Positions 20,431 to 31,040 of a stretch of DNA of 55,926 bases are shown here, piece by piece (position 1 is the first letter of the stretch; the number at the start of each line of letters is the position of its first letter). This DNA comes from an uncultured Clostridia bacterium (GTDB lineage: Bacteria > Bacillota > Clostridia > Christensenellales > UBA1242). The notes under the pieces were generated by a model. That model searched no databases. It saw only the letters and a program-made list of their open reading frames with translations, and had not been told where the DNA came from. Where the stretch lies: positions 1 through 55,926 of the forward strand of contig CALWGA010000010.1 in NCBI GenBank assembly GCA_944377825.1. Reading direction: 5' to 3'. The translations under genes and the position numbers were made by a program.

Positions 20431-21084
20431 TTATCCTTTTCCTTTATCTTGCGAATCTGGCTTACCTTGGGTTCGTTCAATGCTTTGAGTGCTTAGGCTG
20501 TATCTGGTTTTGAATTCCTTTTTGTAACTATTGAAAGCCTTATCTATCTCAGCACTTGCATCTTTTGCTGATTTGACATCTGTCTTTGCAACCTTCCATG
20601 ACTTTTTGTCGCAATATGGATATGGCAAAAATGTGTATCGATTGCCTTTTTTCACTAGCATATGTTGCCCGTCGGTGGCAATTAATGTGTATATATTATG
20701 CTCTGGATACAACTTTGCAAATTTAAATCTTTTGCTTCTATACATGCCATTAAGATAACTTTTTAATTCTGTCGACTCCAACAACTCGGCGTCCTTCATG
20801 ATAGGCTTAGCATTCTTCTTGAACTCTTCCGCGCTATAAAATTCGTTTTCAATTTCTTCCTTTGTTAATTCTAACTTATTTATCCCCGCCAAATTTTCAA
20901 AACTCTCAAGGTCAACAAAATGCCCTTCAGCACCAACTGACAACGCTAAAAGATAGAAAACTATTGTTCCACTTTTTCTCATTGAATAAACCACTTCGTC
21001 GCAATATTCCGTCGGTCTTACCATATGCCCTTCTTTGGAAAGATAAGGTATTTGTTTCCTTAGGTATAGATTTCTTAATGACAT
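20431..21084 (-). CDS. hypothetical protein
   Basis: ORF with no recognised motifs. Start moved to ATG 21084 because GGAGG lies 5 nt upstream; the track start is TTG 21096. Confidence 0.6.
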   Translation of the reverse strand: MSLRNLYLRKQIPYLSKEGHMVRPTEYCDEVVYSMRKSGTIVFYLLALSVGAEGHFVDLESFENLAGINKLELTKEEIENEFYSAEEFKKNAKPIMKDAELLESTELKSYLNGMYRSKRFKFAKLYPEHNIYTLIATDGQHMLVKKGNRYTFLPYPYCDKKSWKVAKTDVKSAKDASAEIDKAFNSYKKEFKTRYSLSTQSIERTQGKPDSQDKGKG

Positions 21085-21233
21085 ATATTCCTCCAATTAC
21101 TTTTTTATTTTAACATCAAAATCATTCTATGTCAATACCGAATTTGATATTTGCTAAAACAATTTGAAAATTAAATAAAAAAACTCTATCGCATATTCGG
21201 ATAGAGATTTTTAAAATTTAAAGACAAATTTTC

Positions 21234-21446
21234 TTAGTTTGATTGTCTATTGTATTTCTTGTTGAACTTTTCAACGTTACCGCTGGCATCAACCACTTTC
21301 TTCTTACCTGTGAAGAATGGATGGCACTTGTTGCAGATGTCGATTTTAAGAGTGTCGCCCTTAACGCAAGAACCAGTCTTGAAAGTGTTTCCGCATGCAC
21401 AAGTCACGGTAACTTCGTGATAGTCTGGATGTATTTTCTCTTTCAT
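21234..21446 (-). CDS. rpmE: 50S ribosomal protein L31 (Zn-ribbon type A)
   Basis: [16 protein letters not shown] and [10 protein letters not shown]. Confidence 0.95.
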   Translation of the reverse strand: MKEKIHPDYHEVTVTCACGNTFKTGSCVKGDTLKIDICNKCHPFFTGKKKVVDASGNVEKFNKKYNRQSN

Positions 21447-21458
21447 ATTCTTCTCCTT

Positions 21459-21719
21459 TTAGTCACCAAGGTATGGAAGAAGTGCCATGTTTCTTGCTCT
21501 CTTAATGGCGTTTGCAAGTTCTCTTTGATGATAAGAGCAAACACCTGTTTGACGTCTTGGCAAAATCTTCCCCTTTTCTGTGACATATTTTCTTATTTTT
21601 GCAACATCTTTATAGTCGATTGTCTTTTCGCCAGCCACGCAGAAAGCACAAACTTTCTTCTTTGATGGCTTACGATATTTTTTTGTGACAACCTTCTCTT
21701 CGGTTTTAACTTCGCTCAT
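21459..21719 (-). CDS. rpsR: 30S ribosomal protein S18
   Basis: IDYKD...[18 protein letters not shown]...QR.L..AIKRAR..ALLPY. Confidence 0.95.
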   Translation of the reverse strand: MSEVKTEEKVVTKKYRKPSKKKVCAFCVAGEKTIDYKDVAKIRKYVTEKGKILPRRQTGVCSYHQRELANAIKRARNMALLPYLGD

Positions 21720-21741
21720 TTTTTACTCCTTTTAATAAATT

Positions 21742-22170
21742 TTAAAATGGTAAACTGTCGTCTTCAATCTCTTCAAGTTCGGCAGTTTGTTTTTGTGTTT
21801 CGCGTTTTGGTTCGCTTGGCATCATTGCGTCGCCATCGCCGTCGCCCATTCTTGAGCCCGATGTGATAAATTCCACTTCGTCGGCAACGATGTCGGTTGT
21901 GTAGCGTCTTGCACCTTCTGGAGTTTCATAACTTGAAGTTTGAATTCTTCCAACAACCGCACACTTTGAACCTTTCTTTAAAAACTTAGCGCAATTCTCC
22001 GCTTGATTTCTCCAAACAACGATATTTAAGAAATCAGTTCCTCTTTCTCCATCAGCGCTTGCATATCGTCTTGAGACTGCAAGTGAAAATCGGCAAACTG
22101 AAACGCCACCATTTGTGGTTGAGAGTTCTGGGTCTCTTGTTAAGTTTCCAATTAGTATAACCTTATTCAT
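21742..22170 (-). CDS. ssb: single-stranded DNA-binding protein
   Basis: MNKVILIGNLTRDPEL OB fold and an acidic C-terminal tip DDSLPF. Located between rpsF and rpsR. Confidence 0.95.
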   Translation of the reverse strand: MNKVILIGNLTRDPELSTTNGGVSVCRFSLAVSRRYASADGERGTDFLNIVVWRNQAENCAKFLKKGSKCAVVGRIQTSSYETPEGARRYTTDIVADEVEFITSGSRMGDGDGDAMMPSEPKRETQKQTAELEEIEDDSLPF

Positions 22171-22179
22171 ATTTTTCTC

Positions 22180-22461
22180 CTATTTTCTAACAAACATTTG
22201 ACGAACAACACCTTCGGTGATTGTCATAAGTTTATTCATCGCCTCAACTTCGCTTGGCTCCATGTTCATGTTGAAGATAACATAGTAGCCTTCATTTGTG
22301 AAGTCGATTGGATAAGCAAACTTTTTCATGCCAATTTTATCAACACCATCAACAGTTCCTTTGTGGGCTTCAACATAGGCTTTGAACTTGCTAATGAGTT
22401 CTTCGCGCTTTTCTTCGCTCACCTTTGATGAGATGATAAACATAAGTTCATACTTATTCAT
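22180..22461 (-). CDS. rpsF: 30S ribosomal protein S6
   Basis: YELMFII...; first gene of the conserved rpsF-ssb-rpsR operon, with an AGGAGG Shine-Dalgarno. Confidence 0.95.
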   Translation of the reverse strand: MNKYELMFIISSKVSEEKREELISKFKAYVEAHKGTVDGVDKIGMKKFAYPIDFTNEGYYVIFNMNMEPSEVEAMNKLMTITEGVVRQMFVRK

Positions 22462-22701
22462 CTTTCTACCTCCTTTTGGACTAAATGGTTTTGGTCAATG
22501 CCAAAAACAAGGACAGCACTATACTGCTCCCTATAATTTATCACAATCTTACAAATTTGTCAAGCGATAATCTTTATATTTTTTATATATTTTAATATAG
22601 TGGCGTTAAAAATTTGATGAAGAGATATAATTTGAACACGAAAAAGATAGTGAAGTCAAATATTTTCACTATCTTTCATAATCAAAAACTATATTCCACT
22701 T

Positions 22702-25413
22702 TTATTGTTCTCTTCCGTGGCAGTTTTTGTATTTCTTTCCGCTTCCGCATGGGCAAGGGTCATTTCTGCCCACCTTCTTTTCGGTGTTGACAACCGTCTT
22801 TTGAATTTTACGCTCTTGCGTTTGATTGTCTTTTTGCGGGTCATAGGTCTTTGCCTCGGTGTTTTTCATATTGACGCTCGGGCTTGGCTCTCTACGCCTT
22901 ACCTCAACGTTGGTGTTAAGAAGAAGTAGGCAGGTGGTTTCTCGAATTCTATCCACCATTTTGTCGAACATCTCAAATCCGTCTTTCTTATACGCAAGCA
23001 CAGGGTCTTGATTACCAAATCCACGCGCAAAAATCTCGTTTTTCTTAATCTGCATATCGTCGATATGGTTTGTCCAGTTGGTGTCGACAACTTTTAAAAG
23101 GAAGAACTTTTCAATCTCGTCGAAATTCGCACCGATTTTTTTGACCTCTTCAATCTTCTTAAGGTAGCGGTCTTTGACCATTTCCAAAAGTTTCTCGTTG
23201 AAATCGTCGATGTCAAAACCTTCGCAAAGTTCTTCGGTTATCGCATTTTTGCCCTTCTCTAAAAGTCCGTTCTCCACTTCCTTATTTATTTTCTCATAGT
23301 CCCAGTCAAAATATGGCTTTTCCGCGTCCACACAGCGATTGACAATGGTGGAAACAAGGTGTGGAAACATATTCATAATCTCTTCATGCACGCTCTGTCC
23401 GTCTAGCACACGATTTCTTTGGTTGTAGATAATTTCTCTTTGCGCGTTCAACACATCGTCGAATTGAAGCACGGTTTTACGGATGGCAAAGTTTTGCATT
23501 TCAATCTTTTTCTGAGCATTTTCAATCTGTTTCGACATTATTTTAAGTTGAATAGGTGTGTCCTCTTCTAAGCGGAAGAAAGAAGCAAGTTTTTTAAACT
23601 TGTCGCCAGCAAAACGCCTAATTAAGTCGTCCTCAAAAGAGATAAAGAACACGCTTGAGCCAGGGTCACCTTGACGCGAAGCACGACCGCGTAACTGGTT
23701 GTCGATACGCCTTGACTCGTGACGCTCAGTGCCGATAATGTGAAGTCCGCCCAAAGATTTAACCTCTTCCTTCTCGGCGTCCGTCACCTTCTTATACTCT
23801 TCAAATAACTCTTGATAGCGCGCTCTCGCCCTTTCAAGTTCCTTGTCGTCAACAGTGTTAAAAGCGGTGGCGTAGGAGATTTGCTCGTCGGAGAAATTCT
23901 CGTCTTTCATCTTCTTTTTCGCCATAAATTCAGGGTTACCGCCAAGCAGTATGTCCGTTCCACGTCCTGCCATGTTGGTGGCAATGGTAACCGCGCCCTT
24001 TCTGCCCGCCTGAGCGACAATTTGGCTTTCCATTTCGTGATTTTTAGCGTTCAAAACGGTGTGTTTAATCTTCGCTTCTTTAAGCGCCTTTGAGATGAGT
24101 TCACTCTTTTCAATCGTGATTGTGCCGATAAGGATAGGTTGTCCGACCTCGTGACGACGCTTAATCTCTTCCACAATCGCCTTAATCTTTCCGCGCTCAG
24201 TGGAGAAGATGATGTCTGGCTCGTCCTTACGAATATTTGGAAGGTTTGGTGGAATTGTCACAACGTCAAGTTTGTATATCGCCCTAAATTCGCCCTCTTC
24301 CGTCTTTGCCGTTCCCGTCATGCCAGAGAGTTTGTTATAGAGCCTAAAGTAGTTTTGGAAAGTGATGGTGGCAAGGGTTTTGTTTTCATCCTTAATCTCC
24401 ACACCTTCCTTTGCCTCGATTGCCTGATGTAAGCCGTCGTTATAGCGTCTGCCTGGCATTAAACGCCCTGTAAACTCATCGACAATGACAACTTCGCCGT
24501 CTTTGACAATGTAGTTTTCGTCCTTAAACATGATGAAATTCGCCTTTAAGGCATTGTTGATGTGGTGGTTTAAGTCAAGGTTGTCGACATCGGAAAGGTT
24601 GTCAAGTTTGAAATATCTCTCCGCCTTCTCCACACCGCTCTCAGTGAGATTTATCGCCTTTGTCTTTTCGTCCTTCTCATAGTCTTCTGGCTTTAAAGTT
24701 TTGGCGAACTTTTGAGCGGAAATATACTGCTCGCTCGACTTCATTCCGCGCCCAGAGATAATGAGCGGAGTTCGCGCCTCGTCAATCAAAATTGAGTCCA
24801 CTTCGTCGACAATGGCAAAACTGTGTCCGCGTTGCACACGCTGAGCCTTGTTGATTGCCATATTGTCACGAAGATAGTCAAATCCAAGTTCGTTGTTTGT
24901 GCAGTAGGTTATGTCGCACGCATACGCCTTCCGCTTGTCCGCTTCCTGCATGCCGGAAACCGCAATGCCGACCGTGAGTCCTAAAAAGCGGTAGACTTTG
25001 CCCATCCACTCGGCGTCACGCTTGGCAAGGTATTCATTGACTGTGACAACATGCACGCCTTCGCCGGTCAGAGCGTTGAGATATGCAGGCAAGGTCGCCA
25101 CAAGCGTTTTACCTTCACCAGTTGCCATCTCGGCAATACGCCCTTGGTGGAGCGCAATTCCGCCCAAAATCTGCACATAGAAATGGCGCATCTTCAAAAC
25201 TCTATCTGACGCCTCACGCATAACCGCATACGCCTCAGGAAGAAGGCTTATTAAACTCTCGCCGTTTTTATAACGTTCCTTAAAGTCGATGGTGCAGTTT
25301 TTAAGTTCTTCGTCGGAATAGGCACGATATTTATCTTCAAGCGCCACAACCTTGTCTGCAATCTTTTTTAATTTTTTTATTTGTGATTTATTTTCACTAC
25401 CAAAAAGTCCCAT
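22702..25413 (-). CDS. secA: preprotein translocase ATPase SecA
   Basis: MATGEGKTL, DEVDSILIDEARTPLIISG, and a C-terminal zinc motif CPCGSGKKYKNCHG. Start set to ATG 25413 (MGLFGS...) behind GGGAG. Confidence 0.95.
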   Translation of the reverse strand: MGLFGSENKSQIKKLKKIADKVVALEDKYRAYSDEELKNCTIDFKERYKNGESLISLLPEAYAVMREASDRVLKMRHFYVQILGGIALHQGRIAEMATGEGKTLVATLPAYLNALTGEGVHVVTVNEYLAKRDAEWMGKVYRFLGLTVGIAVSGMQEADKRKAYACDITYCTNNELGFDYLRDNMAINKAQRVQRGHSFAIVDEVDSILIDEARTPLIISGRGMKSSEQYISAQKFAKTLKPEDYEKDEKTKAINLTESGVEKAERYFKLDNLSDVDNLDLNHHINNALKANFIMFKDENYIVKDGEVVIVDEFTGRLMPGRRYNDGLHQAIEAKEGVEIKDENKTLATITFQNYFRLYNKLSGMTGTAKTEEGEFRAIYKLDVVTIPPNLPNIRKDEPDIIFSTERGKIKAIVEEIKRRHEVGQPILIGTITIEKSELISKALKEAKIKHTVLNAKNHEMESQIVAQAGRKGAVTIATNMAGRGTDILLGGNPEFMAKKKMKDENFSDEQISYATAFNTVDDKELERARARYQELFEEYKKVTDAEKEEVKSLGGLHIIGTERHESRRIDNQLRGRASRQGDPGSSVFFISFEDDLIRRFAGDKFKKLASFFRLEEDTPIQLKIMSKQIENAQKKIEMQNFAIRKTVLQFDDVLNAQREIIYNQRNRVLDGQSVHEEIMNMFPHLVSTIVNRCVDAEKPYFDWDYEKINKEVENGLLEKGKNAITEELCEGFDIDDFNEKLLEMVKDRYLKKIEEVKKIGANFDEIEKFFLLKVVDTNWTNHIDDMQIKKNEIFARGFGNQDPVLAYKKDGFEMFDKMVDRIRETTCLLLLNTNVEVRRREPSPSVNMKNTEAKTYDPQKDNQTQERKIQKTVVNTEKKVGRNDPCPCGSGKKYKNCHGREQ

Positions 25414-25621
25414 ATTTTCTCCCAAAATTCCACTCATTTGTAAATGTTTAGTCTTTGCTATTGTCAAACTTACAAAAAAACATGCAAAACGAGTGTCTTT
25501 TAAAAAATCATATCCATTTTAGCAAAAAAAAGAAAAAAACACAACAGTTTTGTTTTAATTTTTCTTGAATTAATAATTAAACAACAAAAAAATATATAAA
25601 TCCATATTTTTTAGCCAAAAT

Positions 25622-25651
25622 TTGACAATTAATTTAGTATTGTGTTATACT
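25622..25651 (+). promoter_or_regulatory. promoter for the 1278-aa gene (divergent from secA)
   Basis: TTGACA (25622-25627), 18 nt, TATACT (25646-25651). A leader follows, carrying a strong GGTGGAGG Shine-Dalgarno. Confidence 0.5.
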
Positions 25652-25673
25652 AAACGAAATAGGTGGAGGTTAT

Positions 25674-28600
25674 ATGGCAGAGAAAAAGAAATGGTCCGAT
25701 TTTATAACACTGGGATATAATATATTTGATTACTTATCAAAAGGTGAAAAGACCGACTTGAACGATAAAGAAAAAGAGGAAGTCGAGACTGCTATTAAGT
25801 ATGCAGAGCACTATTCTAGCGAATATAATGCTTATGTAAATCAAGCTATTGATTCTATGGCGCCAATCGACAAGATAAAATTTGACATAAAAAACCTTCA
25901 AGCAAATCAAAAAGCTCAATTTATAGCTAGATTCTTTACAGGCGAAATCCTTAAAGAAAACTTTAACGACAAATTAAAAGATGTTGAAAATGTAGAAACA
26001 GACAAAAGAGAAGAGCAAGAAGCTAACAAACAAAACATATCTAAGCCAGACAAAATAAATGCAGAGCAACAATCTAGCGAAAAGGTCAAAGAAGAAGAGA
26101 AAAAAGACGCTTTGAAAGGCAGAATGACAAGGAACAAGGGTGAAACAAGCACGTATAGTAATGGTCGTGGCACCGCAAATTTCACAAGCCAAAATATCAG
26201 TTTGCCAAATTTTCCAGGCGAAACAAAATTTCAAAAAGTAGCAGTGTCGAATTATACAACGGACGACCCTAAAAACTCAACTCTTATTAAAATAACAACA
26301 AATGGTAATAATATCGCTACTTTTTACACAGAGGAAGGCAAAATCTTCTTAGAAATTCACGAAATAAATCTCGCTTTGACCTTATTATTAAAAGAAAATG
26401 TCGACATTAAGAAGATACCCATCGAAACCCTTTGCCTTGACAAAAAGATGGATATCCAGGTTAAAGGCTTAGGCAAAAGTTCGCGTAAAAATGCTCAAGA
26501 TAAAAATTTAGGGTTTCTTTTTTCCGCATATGGTTTTCAAATGAAAACTGATGACAATAATGTTATATTTAAAAATGATACTCCTTTCAATATTGAAATT
26601 GACGAAAAGTTTTTGGATATAGCACTCGCAAATGAATTAAGCGCAGAAAAATCGGATAAAGGCTGTATCTTAGGCAAAGATATGAAACTTGACTCGTCAA
26701 CCATGCAAAGTTTGCTTCGAATGGTTTCAATTAATAACACCGCCATCTCTAGTATATCTGGCAAAACAAGTTTAGCAAATGGCAGAATTAAACTCACAAC
26801 CGAAAATTATCAGTTCGAGCAAACCGAAGTAGTGAATGGGCGAACAATAAAAAGGCGAGCGCGACGCCCTATGGAATTTATGGAAATAGATGGCAAGCCG
26901 TATGTCTATCTATCAATTATTGAAAATAGAACAAATAATGAACATGCTGGCAGATTTTATGAACTAAACGGCATCAATATAACAGATGATAAACACATCT
27001 TTTTCACAATTAAAGATAGAAGTTTAGTAACACTTCCAAATGAACCTGCAAATTCAAGAGTTGTAGAAATTCCATATGCAGCAAAAGATTTTGTGGAAAA
27101 ATTGGCTACTAATGAGAAAATAGTATTTAGCAAAAACTCACTTGAAGCAAATGCCACCCTTTCAAACAAAACGTATGGAAGAAGAGCATATAATGACGCA
27201 TGGGCTCAAGCATGGGATAATAAAGATTTTTCGTCAGAGGTTTACAACTACGACAGCGCTGGCTTTGTAAGGCGCGATGATGCCGAAAGTGTGCTTAGAA
27301 AGGATAATGCAAAAGAGACTGCGCCTAATATAGAACCAAAGTCACAACCTGAAAACACTGAAGAACAAGCAGAAATGAGCGTACCATACGAAAACACTGC
27401 ACCTCAATTCGAAGATTACGATATTGTTTCCGAAAGCGAAGCCACATCTGACATCTCTCTTAATGAAAATAATAATTCAACCGCTGGCGACAGCGAACAA
27501 CCGCTGGTTGACACCGACGGAACTGGAGATGAGGGAAATCCAACACCCGAACCTGCGCCGCAGTCTGAACATCAACCCGCGCCTGAACCTCAACCAGAGC
27601 CTGAACCTGTGCCTAAACAACCTCAAGAACCACAAACTGAACAAGAATCGGCTCATGATCAAAATACCCCTGCTGATGGCGGAGGAAATCCTACCGCTCC
27701 GCAGGAGGAGGAAGAGATTGAAACTCCAAAGAAGAAAAGTGCGCTCGATATTCCGTTTATCGAAAATAAAGAGATAGGCAAATTAGATAAAGACGCACAA
27801 GCAAAATCAAACGAAATTGCCGCAAAGGTAGGCACCGGGATTTTAGGCGTTGGTGTTGTGCTTATGGCATTCAGCGTGATCATACCTTTCCTTGCACCAT
27901 TTGTCATTGCCGCCTTTGCCACAAGCACCATCGTTTTCACAAAGCCATGGGAATGGGTGCAAGTTTCTAAATCTAACGCCATTGACCGAGCAAACGCCAA
28001 ACTTGCCAAGGAAAAACTGAAAGAACTAAAGCGTGAAAGGATAGAAGAAAACGAAAGACTAATCATCGACAAAAATCAACAGCGCATCGCCGCTTTGCAA
28101 AATGAGAATGCCGGGATAGACGCTAGAATCAATATGCTTGAAACACGCAAAAGTGAATTACAAAAACAAAACGGCATACTTTATATGTCAGCAGACAGCG
28201 GAGAGGATGTTCTTCCAGATATCAAACTTAAAAACCCAAAAACTCTTGATGAACTTGAAACGATGAGCAAAGCGGATAGGCGAGCCTATGAAACTCATTT
28301 CGCCGCCTTACTCTCTTTAGGCATAACTGACGAAACAAATATGACCGAAGAGCAAGAAAAGCAGTTAGAGTTCCTTGAAAGAAGCATGAAAAGAGACTAT
28401 AGTCTTTCAAGTGACAGTCGGATAGCAGCGGCTCACAGAGAGGACCTTGTGACCATCATGGCTGCATTGCAGGAAAAAAATATCGCTCTTGATAGCGCAC
28501 AAAAGCAGTTTGATGAAAAAAGTTTAGACTATGAAAATGAGTTAAAAATTGCAACCGAGTTAGCAAACGATCCTAATGTTGTAAATTATATAAAATATAA

Positions 28601-29510
28601 AGACGAACGTGAAAAGGTAACAAATGAACTTAAAACCATTAAATTAGACTCGTCACTAGCACCTGAGGTATATAAAACATTATTAGATAGAAAAACGAAA
28701 TTAGACGAACAAGCAGCAGATTATAAAAAGAAAATTGATAACCTATTTGCAGACGAAAAGACAGGGAAACAAATAACCGATTATCTCACATCAACTGACA
28801 AATTGGTTGATTTAGACAAAGAAAAAAACACAAGTGAAGAAGCATTAAAAACCCTTAAAGCAGAGATAAATGACCTTGCTCTTAAAGGAGAGATTGCAAA
28901 AACAATATTTATCAACGACAAAATGGCTGAGGCACACAAAAATGATAAGCCGATCTTAATCGAAGAGCAACGCAAGGCAGCAATTCGAACTAACTCTGGC
29001 ATTATACAATCAATTGACAATCAGATATCTGAACTAAAGAAAATTCAAACTCAAAATAACAAACTTTCTGATAAAATTTTTGAAAAATCTAAAAAAGACT
29101 ATGAAGAACAGACTACTCGACGTAAAGAAAAAGGCGATGAAGCATACACCGCGTCTAGAGTGCTAACAGAAAATGTGGACGAATATCTTAGAACTTCCAC
29201 CACAAGCGCCGCAGTTCAAGCCGAGCAGGATTATATCAAAGCCCAACAGGAAGAGGCGAAGGAATTTGCCGACAAAGTCCTTAAAGAATATGATAGAATT
29301 GCAGAACAAGGACTTCAAGGTAAAGAACTTAAGGAAGCGCTTGATTATGCATTCTTAAATATCAACAACGTAAAGAGAATGTCAGCACCTGAACTTGGCA
29401 CTGGATTTAACAAACTTACAGAAGAAGCCAAAGAAAGATTTGGTTATACACCGCCTGAAAAAGACGCTGAGCGTGGCATCGCAACTCCCCCCCCGCAAAG
29501 GGTGGTATAG
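25674..29510 (+). CDS. large hypothetical protein: N-terminal globular region, acidic and proline-rich linker, TM hairpin, long C-terminal coiled coil
   Basis: Strong Shine-Dalgarno and no N-terminal signal peptide. Contains PEPAPQSEHQPAPEPQPEPEPVPKQPQEPQ and a roughly 36-residue hydrophobic block (GILGVGVVLMAFSVIIPFLAPFVIAAFATSTIVF), followed by about 480 aa of heptad-like K/E/L/Q-rich sequence. Confidence 0.8.
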   Translation: MAEKKKWSDFITLGYNIFDYLSKGEKTDLNDKEKEEVETAIKYAEHYSSEYNAYVNQAIDSMAPIDKIKFDIKNLQANQKAQFIARFFTGEILKENFNDKLKDVENVETDKREEQEANKQNISKPDKINAEQQSSEKVKEEEKKDALKGRMTRNKGETSTYSNGRGTANFTSQNISLPNFPGETKFQKVAVSNYTTDDPKNSTLIKITTNGNNIATFYTEEGKIFLEIHEINLALTLLLKENVDIKKIPIETLCLDKKMDIQVKGLGKSSRKNAQDKNLGFLFSAYGFQMKTDDNNVIFKNDTPFNIEIDEKFLDIALANELSAEKSDKGCILGKDMKLDSSTMQSLLRMVSINNTAISSISGKTSLANGRIKLTTENYQFEQTEVVNGRTIKRRARRPMEFMEIDGKPYVYLSIIENRTNNEHAGRFYELNGINITDDKHIFFTIKDRSLVTLPNEPANSRVVEIPYAAKDFVEKLATNEKIVFSKNSLEANATLSNKTYGRRAYNDAWAQAWDNKDFSSEVYNYDSAGFVRRDDAESVLRKDNAKETAPNIEPKSQPENTEEQAEMSVPYENTAPQFEDYDIVSESEATSDISLNENNNSTAGDSEQPLVDTDGTGDEGNPTPEPAPQSEHQPAPEPQPEPEPVPKQPQEPQTEQESAHDQNTPADGGGNPTAPQEEEEIETPKKKSALDIPFIENKEIGKLDKDAQAKSNEIAAKVGTGILGVGVVLMAFSVIIPFLAPFVIAAFATSTIVFTKPWEWVQVSKSNAIDRANAKLAKEKLKELKRERIEENERLIIDKNQQRIAALQNENAGIDARINMLETRKSELQKQNGILYMSADSGEDVLPDIKLKNPKTLDELETMSKADRRAYETHFAALLSLGITDETNMTEEQEKQLEFLERSMKRDYSLSSDSRIAAAHREDLVTIMAALQEKNIALDSAQKQFDEKSLDYENELKIATELANDPNVVNYIKYKDEREKVTNELKTIKLDSSLAPEVYKTLLDRKTKLDEQAADYKKKIDNLFADEKTGKQITDYLTSTDKLVDLDKEKNTSEEALKTLKAEINDLALKGEIAKTIFINDKMAEAHKNDKPILIEEQRKAAIRTNSGIIQSIDNQISELKKIQTQNNKLSDKIFEKSKKDYEEQTTRRKEKGDEAYTASRVLTENVDEYLRTSTTSAAVQAEQDYIKAQQEEAKEFADKVLKEYDRIAEQGLQGKELKEALDYAFLNINNVKRMSAPELGTGFNKLTEEAKERFGYTPPEKDAERGIATPPPQRVV

Positions 29511-29598
29511 AAGCCAAGATTTAGGCGAAGATAAAAAAATATTCAACGATGAGAGAGCGGTTATGTTTGAAAAGTAAGTTGATGAGGATCTCAATGAA

Positions 29599-29778
29599 AT
29601 GGACAGAACAGAAAACAAACAAGAAGCCGCCAGCGCAATTATTAATGAGATTGAAGAACGTGAAATAGCAACTGGAAACGCCTCGGAAGAGTCTGAATAT
29701 CACGACTATTTTGAAGAACTGAAAGATGATGTAAGAAACAAACGCGGACGTGATAATAATCTTGAAAGAATTAGATAG
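29599..29778 (+). CDS. possible small acidic protein (59 aa) or a decayed C-terminal remnant of the upstream gene
   Basis: ATG-initiated ORF just below the track cut-off. It lies between the 1278-aa gene and the first terminator. No clear Shine-Dalgarno. Confidence 0.25.
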   Translation: MDRTENKQEAASAIINEIEEREIATGNASEESEYHDYFEELKDDVRNKRGRDNNLERIR

Positions 29779-29795
29779 TCAAACTAATATAAAAG

Positions 29796-29816
29796 CAGAG
29801 AACATTCTCTGTTTTT
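29796..29816 (+). terminator. rho-independent terminator
   Basis: CAGAGA-ACAT-TCTCTG followed by TTTTT. Confidence 0.6.
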
Positions 29817-29945
29817 ATCATTATAATTTTGAAATTCTGATTTGTTTTTATTAATGTTATCCTTTTATACGATGTTTTTATTAATATTTCTTGATATTTG
29901 TTTGGAAAGTTGATATAATTATGAGCGAAATTACGGAGAAAATAT

Positions 29946-31040
29946 ATGAAAATGGGTGTTGTGGGACTTCCTAATGTGGGTAAAAGTTCCCTATTTAATG
30001 CGATCACAAGTGCTGGTGCAGAGAGCGCCAACTATCCTTTCTGCACGATAGAACCGAACGTCGGCGTGGTGGATGTGCCAGATGAAAGGCTGGAAGCGCT
30101 CGGCAAGATGTATAACACGCAGAAAATCACGCCAGCAAGCATAGAATTTGTCGATATTGCGGGGCTGGTTGCTGGCGCAAGTCATGGCGAAGGCTTGGGC
30201 AACAAGTTTTTAAGCCATATCCGCGAAGTTGACGCGATTGTGCATGTTGTTAGGTGTTTTGAGAACGACAAGATTATCCATGTCAGTGGCAGTATTGACC
30301 CAAAGCGCGACATTGAAACGATTGAAACAGAACTCGCCCTATCAGACCTAGAACAAGTCGACAAATTTTTGGAGAAAAACTCTAAACTCGTCAAGACCAC
30401 CGGCGATAAAAGTTTGCTTGTCACTGTCAATATGCTTGCGCGCATTAAGGAGTGCTTGGAAAAAGGCGGACAGGCAAGAAATTTGACCTACAGCGAAGAC
30501 GAAGAGAAGATTCTCAAAAATTTCGCCCTTCTCACCAACAAACCAGTCATCTATGTGGCAAACATCGGAGAGGATGATTTACAACGCGAAACAAACAAGT
30601 ATGTTGAAGTAGTCAAAGAAATTGCTGAAAAGGAAGGCGAAAAAGTGATTGTGCTTTGCACCAAAATTGAAGAAGAACTTGCAGGACTTGATAAGGAAGA
30701 ACGCGACATGTTCAAGGAAGAACTCGGCATAAAGTCGAGCGGACTTGAAAAACTTGTGAAAGCAAGTTACGACCTTTTAGGACTTATGAGTTATCTCACC
30801 GCTGGCGAAAAAGAGGTGCGCGCGTGGACAATTAGAAAAGGCACAAAGGCACCAGAAGCCGCAGGAAAAATCCACAGCGATTTTGAAAAAGGCTTCATTA
30901 AGGCAGAGATCGTCTCCTATGATGACCTTGTGGAAGCCGGCTCCTTTTTGAAAGCAAAGGAAAAGGGCAAGGTTCGCATGGAAGGCAAAGAATATGTTAT
31001 GCAAGACGGCGATGTGGTGCTTTTCCGATTCAATAACTAA
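29946..31040 (+). CDS. ychF: redox-regulated ATPase YchF (Obg-like)
   Basis: [19 protein letters not shown], a DIAGLV..AS.GEGLGN motif, and a C-terminal TGS-like domain ([27 protein letters not shown]). Confidence 0.95.
   Translation: MKMGVVGLPNVGKSSLFNAITSAGAESANYPFCTIEPNVGVVDVPDERLEALGKMYNTQKITPASIEFVDIAGLVAGASHGEGLGNKFLSHIREVDAIVHVVRCFENDKIIHVSGSIDPKRDIETIETELALSDLEQVDKFLEKNSKLVKTTGDKSLLVTVNMLARIKECLEKGGQARNLTYSEDEEKILKNFALLTNKPVIYVANIGEDDLQRETNKYVEVVKEIAEKEGEKVIVLCTKIEEELAGLDKEERDMFKEELGIKSSGLEKLVKASYDLLGLMSYLTAGEKEVRAWTIRKGTKAPEAAGKIHSDFEKGFIKAEIVSYDDLVEAGSFLKAKEKGKVRMEGKEYVMQDGDVVLFRFNN

Noticed and set aside
21234-22461. rpmE placed 12 nt after rpsR, extending the rpsF-ssb-rpsR operon.
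   Set aside because: This placement is slightly unusual, but all four are ordinary, intact housekeeping genes. It is not pursued as a finding.
29771-30031. 86-aa minus-strand ORF overlapping the ychF start and promoter region.
   Set aside because: It lies antisense to the conserved ychF N-terminus (GLPNVGKSS), with AT-rich nonsense composition upstream and no Shine-Dalgarno.
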